Source of the DNA: a virus
Taxonomy: Duplodnaviria > Caudoviricetes
Direction: 5' to 3' (one strand)
Virus record (IMG/VR): IMGVR_UViG_3300002515_000003
Location: 96,001 to 160,000 of that record
Length of the DNA stretch: 64,000 nucleotides
Shown here: positions 21,944 through 32,232 of the stretch, one piece after another
Layout: every line of letters begins with the position of its first letter
Position numbering within the stretch: position 1 is the stretch's first letter
Notes under the pieces: generated by a model
Told to the model about the DNA's origin: nothing
The model's input: only the letters and a program-made list of their open reading frames with translations
The model's database searches: none
Program-made: the position numbers and the translations under genes

Positions 21944-23884
21944 TTATTTTAAATAAGTATTCATTTCATCTTGATACATGATTTTTATTCCATCAGCCTC
22001 AGCTTTAGATTTTTTACCACTTTTACTCGTATCTCCACAAATTAGATAATCTAATGATTTTTTATATCCTGATTCAAAGGTACATCCTATTTCTGCTAAT
22101 TTAACTTTTAACTCTGCTTTTTTTAAACTAAAGACACCTGTACAGTAAACCTTGCACCCAAAGAGTTTGTTTTCATTACTTCCTTCTTTTACCTTCACTC
22201 TAACTTCCTCCTCAAATTTAATATATTGTAATAATTCATCCATTAATACTTGATTAGTTTCACTATTTAAATAATCTATGATACTTGTTGAAGTTATCTC
22301 TCCCATATCATTCATTAATATTAAATCATTAAATGTACAATTCCTAAAACCATCTATAGTTTTGAATCTAGATTGCAAATCCTTACTTGAACCACTTCCC
22401 ACGTTTGAAATCCCAAGGCTATAAATAAATTTTGCTAAAGTGGTTCTTTTTGAATCTTCTAAACTTTTAATTAAATTATTATAAGATTTAATCCCAAATC
22501 CATCCATGTTAATTATTTTTTCTTTATACTGTTCAATCTTATATACATCCGTTATATCTTTAATGAATCCTTTCTCTATAAACTTCTCAATAGTTTTAAT
22601 ACTGAAGTCGGTTATGTCCATTGCTTTCTTGCTACAAAAGTGCTTTATAGTTTGTGATAATTTAGCATTACAATTAGGATTAATACAATGTAATGTCTCC
22701 GTTCTATCAGATGTCCTTAATTCAACGTCTCCACCACACACAGGGCAACTAGTAGGAAGTATAAAGGAATTACTTTTAGTTAGATTCTCGGATAGCTGAG
22801 GTATTATCATGTTCGCCTTATATACCAAAATTTTATCAGATATACCTAATTCTAAATTTCTTAATATACTAATATTGTGTAGACTAGCCTTACCAACCAT
22901 TGATTGTTCAATCTCTACCTTATCAAAGTAAGCAACTGGGGTAAGGATTCCTGTACGTCCAATCTGGAATTTGATATCTCTTAGAATGGTTTCTTTGTTT
23001 GCATCTTCCCATTTAAAAGCAAAAGCATTATTTTCGTGATGTTGTCCTCCACCTAAACTTTTCCCGAATTTTAAGTCCTGAAACATAACGACTAAACCAT
23101 CCGTAGCAAAGGAATACTCACTTATTTTTTCTTTAAATAATAATACATTGCTTTCTAAAGTTGTAGAATTAACTATTTTATATTCAACACTATCAAATCC
23201 TAATTCACTTAACCAATCTAATTGTGATGTATATAATTCAAATGATTTATCACATTCAACTATTCCAAAAGCTTTAAATTGAATATTCCTCTGTTTTGTT
23301 ATTTTATTATCTAATTGCATAATTGAACCACTTGCTAGATTTCTTGGATTAGCATATTCACCATCTACATTAATTATCTCAAAATCTTCTCTACTTATTA
23401 AAGCTTCTCCTCTAATAACTAATTTACCACCATAATTAATTTGCTGTGGAATCCCTTTAAATACCTTAGCATTATGAAGAACTCTAGAGCCAACGTCACC
23501 TCCGCCTCTCGTAACCGCATCTACCAAAATATTATTATCATATGTTAACACTATAGTAAGTCCATCTTCTTTCCAACTCAAAACTCCTTCTTTATTGCCT
23601 AAGAATTTTATTAATTCATTTATATCTTTAGTTTTATCTAGTGATAACATTTCTTTATTGTGCCTAACTTTTTCAAGTGAGTTAATCACTTCATATCCTA
23701 CGGTTACTGTGGGTGAGTTAATTGGTGTAAAATTAGTTCTATTTTGTAATATCTCCAATTGATTATATTTATCATCCCACTCTTTGTCATTCATATTACT
23801 CTGTTTACCATTATAATATAGTGCAGATTCTTGATTTAATTCTTTAACCAAAGTTTTTATTCTATTAATTCTACTTATTTCCAT
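21944..23884 (-). CDS. ligA: NAD-dependent DNA ligase
   Basis: MLSLDK, KEDG, TRGGG..G, RGE, NPRNLASG, GRTG, Zn finger CPVC..C, HhH, BRCT. Confidence 0.96.
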   Translation of the reverse strand: MEISRINRIKTLVKELNQESALYYNGKQSNMNDKEWDDKYNQLEILQNRTNFTPINSPTVTVGYEVINSLEKVRHNKEMLSLDKTKDINELIKFLGNKEGVLSWKEDGLTIVLTYDNNILVDAVTRGGGDVGSRVLHNAKVFKGIPQQINYGGKLVIRGEALISREDFEIINVDGEYANPRNLASGSIMQLDNKITKQRNIQFKAFGIVECDKSFELYTSQLDWLSELGFDSVEYKIVNSTTLESNVLLFKEKISEYSFATDGLVVMFQDLKFGKSLGGGQHHENNAFAFKWEDANKETILRDIKFQIGRTGILTPVAYFDKVEIEQSMVGKASLHNISILRNLELGISDKILVYKANMIIPQLSENLTKSNSFILPTSCPVCGGDVELRTSDRTETLHCINPNCNAKLSQTIKHFCSKKAMDITDFSIKTIEKFIEKGFIKDITDVYKIEQYKEKIINMDGFGIKSYNNLIKSLEDSKRTTLAKFIYSLGISNVGSGSSKDLQSRFKTIDGFRNCTFNDLILMNDMGEITSTSIIDYLNSETNQVLMDELLQYIKFEEEVRVKVKEGSNENKLFGCKVYCTGVFSLKKAELKVKLAEIGCTFESGYKKSLDYLICGDTSKSGKKSKAEADGIKIMYQDEMNTYLK

Positions 23885-24312
23885 ATTTTATAATCTCCTT
23901 TTATTTTAATATTTTATATATAATTATTAATATCTTTCTCTCTTTTTAGGTTTTCTATATTTGCTATCTCTTCCACTTTGAATTAACTTCTTGCTTTTAA
24001 ATAATGTAATTATACCAAATAACTTATATGAAGTGATACTATAAACATTAAACTCATATTCATACTTAGACATAAATTTCTTAATATTAAATCTTTCTAT
24101 ACTTTGATATTCTTTTGATGTAATCATTTTATATCATCTCCTTTACAGGTATAAATAATTTAGCTGATTTTATCTTCCATTGTCCGTCTTCATAAATTGT
24201 AAAGAATGGATAACCATTTTTAAATTGAACTCCATAAACTATTTGTATTTTACATTCCTTATTATATACTTCAAACATTTTATCCCTCCTCTAATTGTAT
24301 TATTTTATATTA

Positions 24313-25035
24313 TTATAATTTATTGAATTTATTAAATAGTTCGTTTTGTTTTAAGTTACTTTTTATGTATAATTTATAATCTTCAAAATCTTCATCTTTT
24401 ATATCTCTTATAGGAGTTTCTCTAATTTTATAATAATCACAGTAATGACATTCACTTGATATATTAATTCCTGCTTTTTGTCCTTCGTCACCATATGATT
24501 CAAATGGACACCAACATCCTTTTGAATCATCATCATAAATCCTATTTATAGGATATTGACAAGTGGGAAATCTTTTCTTATATGAATTTATTTCTGAAGG
24601 AGAATACATCCCATATTCGTTATATTTTTCGTCTGGAAGAGTTTTATTCTCCATATCAATCCAATCTTGTCTTTCCATATCATGGTCTCCAGTATGATTA
24701 AGTGAGTATTCTTGATTCTCTAATAGGAAAGTCTCAATTAAATTATATATATCCTCTTCATGTTCATATATTTCATAATATTCATCGTCTTCTGTCTTAG
24801 ATGTTTCATTAAACCATTCCTTATATTCGTCTTTGTAACAATTAGAGCATAATTGTATCTCGATATTCTCATTATCAAAGTCACTCCCATATCCTCTACT
24901 ATAATTGCTAATTTTTAACTTATGTATCATTTCTTCTATTGGTTGTAGTGTATCACAACAATAGCATAATCTCTCTTTATTTTGATGTTTATATTCCCTA
25001 GTTTCAATTGAATTATTTAGTTTGATATTACTCAT
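24313..25035 (-). CDS. Cys-rich hypothetical protein
   Basis: 240-aa ORF with CxxC motifs, RGYGSDFD. Confidence 0.7.
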   Translation of the reverse strand: MSNIKLNNSIETREYKHQNKERLCYCCDTLQPIEEMIHKLKISNYSRGYGSDFDNENIEIQLCSNCYKDEYKEWFNETSKTEDDEYYEIYEHEEDIYNLIETFLLENQEYSLNHTGDHDMERQDWIDMENKTLPDEKYNEYGMYSPSEINSYKKRFPTCQYPINRIYDDDSKGCWCPFESYGDEGQKAGINISSECHYCDYYKIRETPIRDIKDEDFEDYKLYIKSNLKQNELFNKFNKL

Positions 25036-25166
25036 TAATATTATCTCTCCTTTAATTATATATTATTATAGTTTTAATATACTTTATTGATTTATATTTT
25101 CTATTTCTAAAACAATGAGATTGCAGGAAGTATTAGCATTTATTACTAATTAATTCTTACAATCTC

Positions 25167-25196
25167 ATTATAACCCTTTTTACTATTTATTGTCAA
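25167..25196 (-). promoter_or_regulatory. sigmaA-like promoter overlapping an inverted repeat
   Basis: TTGACA-18-TATAAT. Confidence 0.65.
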
Positions 25197-25842
25197 GTAT
25201 TTTATATTATTATATTGATATTAATTTTAAATGTTTATTTATAAAATACGTATTCATATTTAGTAGGTTGACCGATAACACATAATCTTCTAATATGTAC
25301 TAATACTAGGTCTGTTATTTTATCTTGAACACGTTCTTGTGTTTCATTTTCTTCATTCTCAGCATAAAATTCTAATTCTATATCGCAAGTAAATCCACGT
25401 TTTAGAATCTGTATATATTCTTGAGAACACATTGTTACTTTATCTTCCTCTTCTTTAAAACTTGAAATTGTTATTAGTTCTAATATGCTTTTGCCATTTA
25501 ACATTAACCTTATATTTGGCACATCTAATAAAAATATCATTATTAATACACACTCCTTTAATTTTTATTATATTGTTTTGTCTGAATTATCATTCTCTTA
25601 ATTATCTTTTCTAAAGAACTTGAAATGTGTCTCTAGTAATTCTATTGTTATATAATATGCACAAAATATAAATGTTAAAGCAATACTGCACATTATTAGA
25701 AATCCTATAAAACCTACTAGAAATTTAACAATTATAAGACTAAACACAAATTCAAATATACTGACAAATATATTTGCTAAAAACATGATTGCTATAATTG
25801 TAAATATTGATGTTATTCCACCCATTATAAATTTTAAATATT

Positions 25843-26370
25843 TCATTTGTTATTTATCTCCTTTTCATATAACTTTTTATATTTGTTTCTTTCAGATTTA
25901 TATCTACTTACACTTCTGTTAAGCTTGGCGATTAATGATTCATCCATAGAATTATATTGTTTCTGAAATTCTCTGCATAATGAGCGTATCATGGAGTCTT
26001 TTAATATGTCTATTGATATTCCAAGTTCTTGACGTTTAGCTTTCTTAACACAGTAATCGCCAAGATAAACACCTATGTGATTTGGTATTTCATCCTTTAC
26101 TTGCTCATAAAGTTCTTTAGTTAAAATATAATAATTAAAATGACCAACAAAAGTATTTTTACATTTAGAATGAAAATCTGATTTAGAAATCTTTATTTCA
26201 TAACATCTAAACTCATGTTTACTATTCATCGTCATATAATCAACTCTTTCTTTTTTACCTTTTTTAGCATTAAATCCAATTGTAACCTCGAAACATGCGT
26301 ACACTCCCATTTTATTAGTAATATCCCATATTTGTCGTTCTAATTCTAAAGTTAAATCTGTTTTAGGGAT
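25843..26370 (-). CDS. PD-(D/E)XK / MmcB-like nuclease, probable ATC start at 26370
   Basis: FEVTIG...RVDY...CYEIKISKSDF; frame extends 20 codons above track start to an ATC 6 nt after GAGGTGA, with an in-frame stop just upstream. Confidence 0.7.
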   Translation of the reverse strand: MPKTDLTLELERQIWDITNKMGVYACFEVTIGFNAKKGKKERVDYMTMNSKHEFRCYEIKISKSDFHSKCKNTFVGHFNYYILTKELYEQVKDEIPNHIGVYLGDYCVKKAKRQELGISIDILKDSMIRSLCREFQKQYNSMDESLIAKLNRSVSRYKSERNKYKKLYEKEINNK

Positions 26371-26556
26371 TAGTTATCACCTCTTTTATAATTTATGAAT
26401 ACCATCTGTCCATACCTTCAAATACCTCCACCCCATCGGTGTACCCTAATTCTGATAACACTTGACACATTATACTATCTGCCCATATATGACTACATTC
26501 CGTGTCATCATTATCTTTTATTTCATCCATAACATTTTTAAATTCTATTGGTGTCA

Positions 26557-27129
26557 TTATTTAACTCCTTCAATTTTAAATTTTTCAATCATTCTATCAA
26601 TATCCTCATATAAATTATCTTGTTCTTCTTCTAATTCAGACGCTTCTAATAATAATTTATCTATTTTTGTATTATAATTATCAATATTAGTTTTCTTAAT
26701 AATCAAATCTGTTAAGAATTCTTTATCATTATTATACAAATTTAATATTTCGTCATTAGTAAATGCAGACAAATCAATTATATGTAATTCATTTTGACGA
26801 GTTGCCTTATATATTATTACTTGAGCAAGATTTTTACAAATTGAAATAGTGTATGTAAAATAATTAATAATAAGAGGATATTTTGTTTTATTTTCTTGTG
26901 TATCTAATATCTGTTGTTTAGTTTTAATTATTTCTAAAGATTCTATATATTGTTCTTCTAATTCATATATCAAAGATTCATTTAAGTCTAATTTAATATA
27001 TTCTCCTCTGATAAGATATGTATATACTCCGATTTCTACAATCGTACCTGTTAATAGAAAATTACCATCTTTCCTTATATAATTTATTTTAACTAAATCA
27101 CCTACATTTGCTTTTTGTTTTGCATTCAT
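26557..27129 (-). CDS. Hypothetical protein
   Basis: 190-aa ORF with RBS. Confidence 0.65.
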   Translation of the reverse strand: MNAKQKANVGDLVKINYIRKDGNFLLTGTIVEIGVYTYLIRGEYIKLDLNESLIYELEEQYIESLEIIKTKQQILDTQENKTKYPLIINYFTYTISICKNLAQVIIYKATRQNELHIIDLSAFTNDEILNLYNNDKEFLTDLIIKKTNIDNYNTKIDKLLLEASELEEEQDNLYEDIDRMIEKFKIEGVK

Positions 27130-27288
27130 TATTATATCTCCTTATTATTTTTTATTGTTAGTCTTTTTGTATAATATTTGTACAACCACTCCTCCCATTA
27201 CAAATCCCATAAACCATGCTAAATAATATATCCAAAACATAATTATTTCTCCTTTCTATTGCTTTCTAAATGAATTTATAGATTTATT

Positions 27289-27900
27289 TTATTTATTACT
27301 ACTTCCTAATTTACCTAACCCACGTTCTGATTTAATACTTTTTAATTCTTCCCATGATATTTCCTTGTCTTGAAATATTGGAACTGGTATCATAACAAAT
27401 TGAGTTATAGCTTTAGTAATAGGTTTTATAATGCAATCTGCTTTATTTATATATCTATCTTGAACTACAATGTCATCACCATATATTATTTTAAAATCGC
27501 TATCAAATGTATTTTCTAATAAATCAAACACACTACTCTCTTCTATTTCTTTATCTGATTGAGTGGTAATAATTAAGTATTTGTCTTTATTAGTGTTAAT
27601 CAAAGGAATAAAATAAGAATCACGATACCCAGAGTCACCAACGCCTGCACCTACGATTACGCCTTTACTCCCCATACCTCCTTTATCAAAGAACTTAGGG
27701 AAGTAATTTGTACTACATGCTATAGCTATTCCTGTATCTATTAATCTAGTAGAGCATGGTTCAATTACTATTGTTTCTGTTTCACAAGTATAAATATCTC
27801 TTCCTGCATCCTCTACTCTCTTAGTTGGTATAATTGCGTTTGGTTTAGTTTTAGCAAAGTATAATTCATTACCTTTTATTTCATTAATTTTAGTATTCAT
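27289..27900 (-). CDS. dut: Trimeric dUTPase
   Basis: AGRDIY, DTGIA, GVGDSGYR, TQFV, SERGLGKLGSS motifs. Confidence 0.88.
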   Translation of the reverse strand: MNTKINEIKGNELYFAKTKPNAIIPTKRVEDAGRDIYTCETETIVIEPCSTRLIDTGIAIACSTNYFPKFFDKGGMGSKGVIVGAGVGDSGYRDSYFIPLINTNKDKYLIITTQSDKEIEESSVFDLLENTFDSDFKIIYGDDIVVQDRYINKADCIIKPITKAITQFVMIPVPIFQDKEISWEELKSIKSERGLGKLGSSNK

Positions 27901-27922
27901 TTTTACATTTCTCCTTTTAATT

Positions 27923-28387
27923 TTATATTATTTTAGTTTTTTTAGTAAGGTTTAGAACATTACCATTTAAATCTATTTCTATATATGTTTTTAGTTGGTC
28001 ATCTTGTGATATGTATTCAAGTTGAATGGTATTTGTTTTTGGATTATAATTAGGACTATATTCTTTGAAATGAATTGCTTCCATATAAAGTCTATATTTA
28101 ACAGATTCATCAAAACATACAAATCTTTTATGGCATAATTTCTTTTTATCCTTATATAGCCTAACTGCCCATTTATTTTTTCATTATCAAAAGAAACTCC
28201 ACTTACTCCACTTGTATTATTATTCTGTTTTGTTTTGTTATATCCATTTTCTCTAATCGTTACGATTCTAAGATTATTTTTTCTATTATTTAATCCATTA
28301 CCATCAATATGGTCAACCATATACTCCAATGAAGAATTGCCCATTCCTATCATTTTCTTTCTCTTTATAAGTTCTTCGTTTGCTCAT
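27923..28387 (-). pseudogene. Degraded HNH/AP2 homing endonuclease
   Basis: Split over three frames: MSKRRTY.. / VDHIDGNGLNNRKNNLR..TSGVSGV / NKWAVRLYKD..; second shift at A6 run 28176-28181. Confidence 0.75.
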
Positions 28388-28412
28388 TTGCATCTCCTTA
28401 TTTTATATTGTT

Positions 28413-28877
28413 TTAATAATTCAATCCTTTTTTATAAATATGCTGATTACTTGTTGCGAGATTTATTCCATACATAGTGTTATTAAGCGTGGTTAACTCA
28501 GGTAAGTATCTACCACATTTAATATAATCACATAATTCTATTATTTCTTTTGGAATTTCTTCCATCTCATATCTTGTAAACAACCATATCTTTTTATTCA
28601 ATGGTTTTAAATCCAATAACATATGTAATAATTCATTATGATTTTGGTCAAGTGGTTCTCCTCCAAATAACATAATATTATCAATAAGATTATCAAAGTT
28701 TTTAACTTTAGCTTGTAATTTTTCACTATATTCTTTGTTATATAATTCTCCTTGATTAAAATCCCAACTTTGGTGATTGTGGCAGTTAACACAGTGGGGT
28801 GAACCACTGCATCCTGCTACATAAATATCTAATGATTTATAAGTTAATGTATATTGTGAAGCTAAAATATTCATCAT
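28413..28877 (-). CDS. nrdG: Anaerobic RNR activating radical SAM enzyme
   Basis: GCSGSPHCVNCHN, GGEPL, DYIKCGRY, ATSNQ; adjacent to nrdD. Confidence 0.92.
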   Translation of the reverse strand: MMNILASQYTLTYKSLDIYVAGCSGSPHCVNCHNHQSWDFNQGELYNKEYSEKLQAKVKNFDNLIDNIMLFGGEPLDQNHNELLHMLLDLKPLNKKIWLFTRYEMEEIPKEIIELCDYIKCGRYLPELTTLNNTMYGINLATSNQHIYKKGLNY

Positions 28878-28898
28878 TCAATCTCCTTTATTATAGTA

Positions 28899-30794
28899 TT
28901 ATATACTTTTATACCATTTTCTATTTGGATAATCTTCTTCTCGTCTTACTTTATGCCAGTTTCGTATCGCTGTTAAAAAGCCAACTACACGACTATAGTT
29001 ATCTTCAATATCTCCACCACAAACTATACATTTATCTCCTCTACCAACAGACATATGTCCTTCAGAACATCTCTGCAAATTATAATTGACCGCAAAATAA
29101 ACGACGTGCATTTTAGCACATGTTACAATTAATTCAACAATTTTTGCTTCGTCTTCAATCTTTGTATCAATGTTAAGATGACATATTGCTCCACCAGAGA
29201 AGTGCTTATCAAATTTACCTTGTAACATTATTCTATCAAGTAAATCTGCATTTGTGGTTAATGGGATGAATTGATTTGAATAAATATTATACTCATTTTG
29301 GAAACCCATCATCTTATCTTTCTCAGCCATTTTTATACTCATATTTTCAGCTGGTACTTGCTCACAATTATGAGGAGCATTATATAGTTTACCTAACTTG
29401 TCATTTTCAGTATTAATAAATTTTATTATATCAACACCTAATTCTTGTCCCTCAGTAGTAAGAATATCACTACCAAGAATCTCTATACATTCATTAAATC
29501 CATTTACACCGACAGTAGAATACTGCTTAGTTAAGTCCATATATCCAAGAGCATATAATGGGTGATTACCATTTTCAATTCTTTTTTTAACAATGTGTCT
29601 TTTTGCATTATTAATTCTTGCACACACTTCAATTATATCCTTTAATGACTCTTTAAATTTTTCAACTGTTTTATTCTTTATAGCAAGTCTTGGGAAATTA
29701 ATTGAAACTACTCCTAAACTACCTATTTTTGAACTTCCTGCTCCAAAGCTATTAAAGTATTCATTTTTCTTATCACTTCTTAATCTGCAACAACTTGATA
29801 AAGTAGAACTATCTCCTGTATACATATTAATAAAACCGAACTCTAAATCTTGTTTTGCAATGAGTTTTACAAAATTCATATCATTTACATTACCTTCTTT
29901 ATCTACTGAAATACAAGCAGAAGTAATTGGAAAAGTGATAGGAGTTCTTCTCATTTCTTCGTTCATTATATTTAAATAAAGTACTTGCAATTTTCTTACT
30001 ATATCAAGGTTTGGAGTTGAACCATCTGGGAATAAATAATCCTCACAAAGTCCCTCTAAAAAATTATCATCATATATAGATATATTTGTGAATGGACTTT
30101 GATTAGCTCTCATTGGTTGGTTAATGGTATATATAAAACTTACGATATTTTCTCTTACATAACTCCAACAATCTTCTTCAGACACAAATTTAAAATGAGC
30201 ATCGGATTTAGTTTCAAGTATGTTTTTAACAAAATACGACATAACTACCAACATATCAGCCAATCCAGTTGCTCCTAGTGTTGAATTTGAAGCTATTACA
30301 GTGAATTGTTCAAGTTGAGACTTAAAAGCATATAAATATTTTGGTGGCAGAGAAGCTATTTTTTTTACCATTGGCAAACCTTTTGTTAATATATCATATG
30401 TAGAGTAATTGAAGCAATATGGTAATCCAGCACCTATACCATGAAAATCATGAATATAAATATCTCCTGTTAAATTCATTTCTACAATATCATTTGCAAC
30501 TTTTAATCCATAAAGTTTTCTTAATTCTTTCCAAAGTATGTAATAACTATTAAGTCTAAAAAATGGTTTGGGTAGCTCAGTAGAATATGCTATTACAGAT
30601 ATATCATCCACATTTGCATTAGCATCAATAGAAGCATCGGATGTAACTGAGGCAGAAAAGAATTTCTTAGAGAACTTAGACATATCAGTTTGTTCTCCTA
30701 TTCCATCCAAGTTAAATAGTTTATCTGAATATTTACCTCTTAAATACATCATTAAATCATCAAATTTTTGTTCGTAACTAACTTTTAAATACAT
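28899..30794 (-). CDS. nrdD: Class III anaerobic ribonucleotide reductase (no ATP cone)
   Basis: YIHD, QSPFTN, TFP, SSCCRL finger loop, EQVPAE, SGGAI, glycyl motif SRVVGF. Confidence 0.95.
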   Translation of the reverse strand: MYLKVSYEQKFDDLMMYLRGKYSDKLFNLDGIGEQTDMSKFSKKFFSASVTSDASIDANANVDDISVIAYSTELPKPFFRLNSYYILWKELRKLYGLKVANDIVEMNLTGDIYIHDFHGIGAGLPYCFNYSTYDILTKGLPMVKKIASLPPKYLYAFKSQLEQFTVIASNSTLGATGLADMLVVMSYFVKNILETKSDAHFKFVSEEDCWSYVRENIVSFIYTINQPMRANQSPFTNISIYDDNFLEGLCEDYLFPDGSTPNLDIVRKLQVLYLNIMNEEMRRTPITFPITSACISVDKEGNVNDMNFVKLIAKQDLEFGFINMYTGDSSTLSSCCRLRSDKKNEYFNSFGAGSSKIGSLGVVSINFPRLAIKNKTVEKFKESLKDIIEVCARINNAKRHIVKKRIENGNHPLYALGYMDLTKQYSTVGVNGFNECIEILGSDILTTEGQELGVDIIKFINTENDKLGKLYNAPHNCEQVPAENMSIKMAEKDKMMGFQNEYNIYSNQFIPLTTNADLLDRIMLQGKFDKHFSGGAICHLNIDTKIEDEAKIVELIVTCAKMHVVYFAVNYNLQRCSEGHMSVGRGDKCIVCGGDIEDNYSRVVGFLTAIRNWHKVRREEDYPNRKWYKSI

Positions 30795-31012
30795 TATGCA
30801 ATTACCTCCTGTAATTTTATTATTTTATTTTCTTTTATTATTAGTGGCATAGACAACATTCCTTGTGTTCTCGCCATTTTCATATATTCTTTTCTTTGAG
30901 ATTCTTCTAAATCATTTAAGAGTTTATATTCAAATTCAATCCCCTTATTTTTCAGTACTGTCTTTGTCATTTCACATGCACTACAATTCTCTTTTCCTAT
31001 AACTTTTATCAT
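30794..31012 (-). CDS. nrdH: Glutaredoxin/NrdH-like redoxin
   Basis: CSAC active site, SMP cis-Pro motif; stop overlaps nrdD start. Confidence 0.85.
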   Translation of the reverse strand: MIKVIGKENCSACEMTKTVLKNKGIEFEYKLLNDLEESQRKEYMKMARTQGMLSMPLIIKENKIIKLQEVIA

Positions 31013-31294
31013 TTAACATTTCTCCTTTTATTATGTATTATTACATCGTGTTTTATATTATTATAATTAATATATTATTTTAAACTTTCATTATACCTCC
31101 TTACCCAATATTCCACCTCACTTCCTTCCAAATCATTTTCATTAATAAATTTATCTAAACTAATATCTAATTCTTCACCTAAATTTTTGTCATATGTAAA
31201 ATCAATTTCCTTATAAAATCTTCTTATCTCTCGTGTGTTTTCTCTTATTTCTCCCTCCTTAATTAATAATTCCATTTACACACTTCCTTATATA

Positions 31295-31996
31295 TTATTT
31301 TACAACGTAACCTCTAATTTGCTGACGACCTAATTCTAAAGCACGATTATTATAATGTGAATCACTCTCTCCATTTTGCCTAACAAGAAAAATATCTAAT
31401 CTATTACCACTATTTAAATCTGAACCGCCACAATCAGTTATCTCTAACCTTCCCATCCCTTCTAATTGAACATAACTTCCTTGTGGAATTGAATTACTGG
31501 CACACATTGAAGCACCGACAAGCTTTCCACTTGAAGTTTGATTACCGTTTAAGTCAGTATACCATGTGCAATTAAAAGTAGTATTATAATTCCCACTATC
31601 ACCACTATTTCCTCTGCTTGGAGAAGTCTTATTCTGTTTAGCAATCCTTTTTTCTTCTTTTACTTTTTCAACTCTAGCCTTTTCTAATCTAACTTTCTCA
31701 GCCTTTTCTTTAGCTTTCTTCTTTTCTAATAATAATCTCTTTAATTCAACTTGCCTTTGTTTCTCAATTTTAGCTTTTCTTTCAGCAACTCTTTTAATTT
31801 CACCTTGTTTAACTTTTCCCATGAAAGTACTAAAATTATCTTTTTTTACAACTTTAACAACCTTAGCTTTTTTATTAACTTTTAGTTTATCCCCATTAAA
31901 ATCATCTTTATGTACTATCGTACTCAAACCAAGAATAGCAGTATATAAACTACTCACAATTAATAATTTCAGTAAAATTTCTTTTCTTCTATTCAT
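31295..31996 (-). CDS. Exported 3D-domain (lytic transglycosylase-like) protein
   Basis: N-terminal TM, Lys-rich coil, TWY..TSSG..IPQGS..DCGG..RLDIF. Confidence 0.75.
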   Translation of the reverse strand: MNRRKEILLKLLIVSSLYTAILGLSTIVHKDDFNGDKLKVNKKAKVVKVVKKDNFSTFMGKVKQGEIKRVAERKAKIEKQRQVELKRLLLEKKKAKEKAEKVRLEKARVEKVKEEKRIAKQNKTSPSRGNSGDSGNYNTTFNCTWYTDLNGNQTSSGKLVGASMCASNSIPQGSYVQLEGMGRLEITDCGGSDLNSGNRLDIFLVRQNGESDSHYNNRALELGRQQIRGYVVK

Positions 31997-32232
31997 ATAA
32001 TCACTCCTTTATTTTGTATTATTATAATATTACTATTTTAAAAAATTATTATGAAACAAATTAATAATATAATAACAAGAAATTCTGCACGAGTTGCTAA
32101 TTCTAATAATTCATAAGTCGGCATTGTTGTTTTTACATAAATTTCTATCATTTTATCAGTTATTTTACTATGTATTTCTTTAAATTTGCTAGAGATATTC
32201 TTAAACATCTTAATCACCTCCTTAAATCCTTT

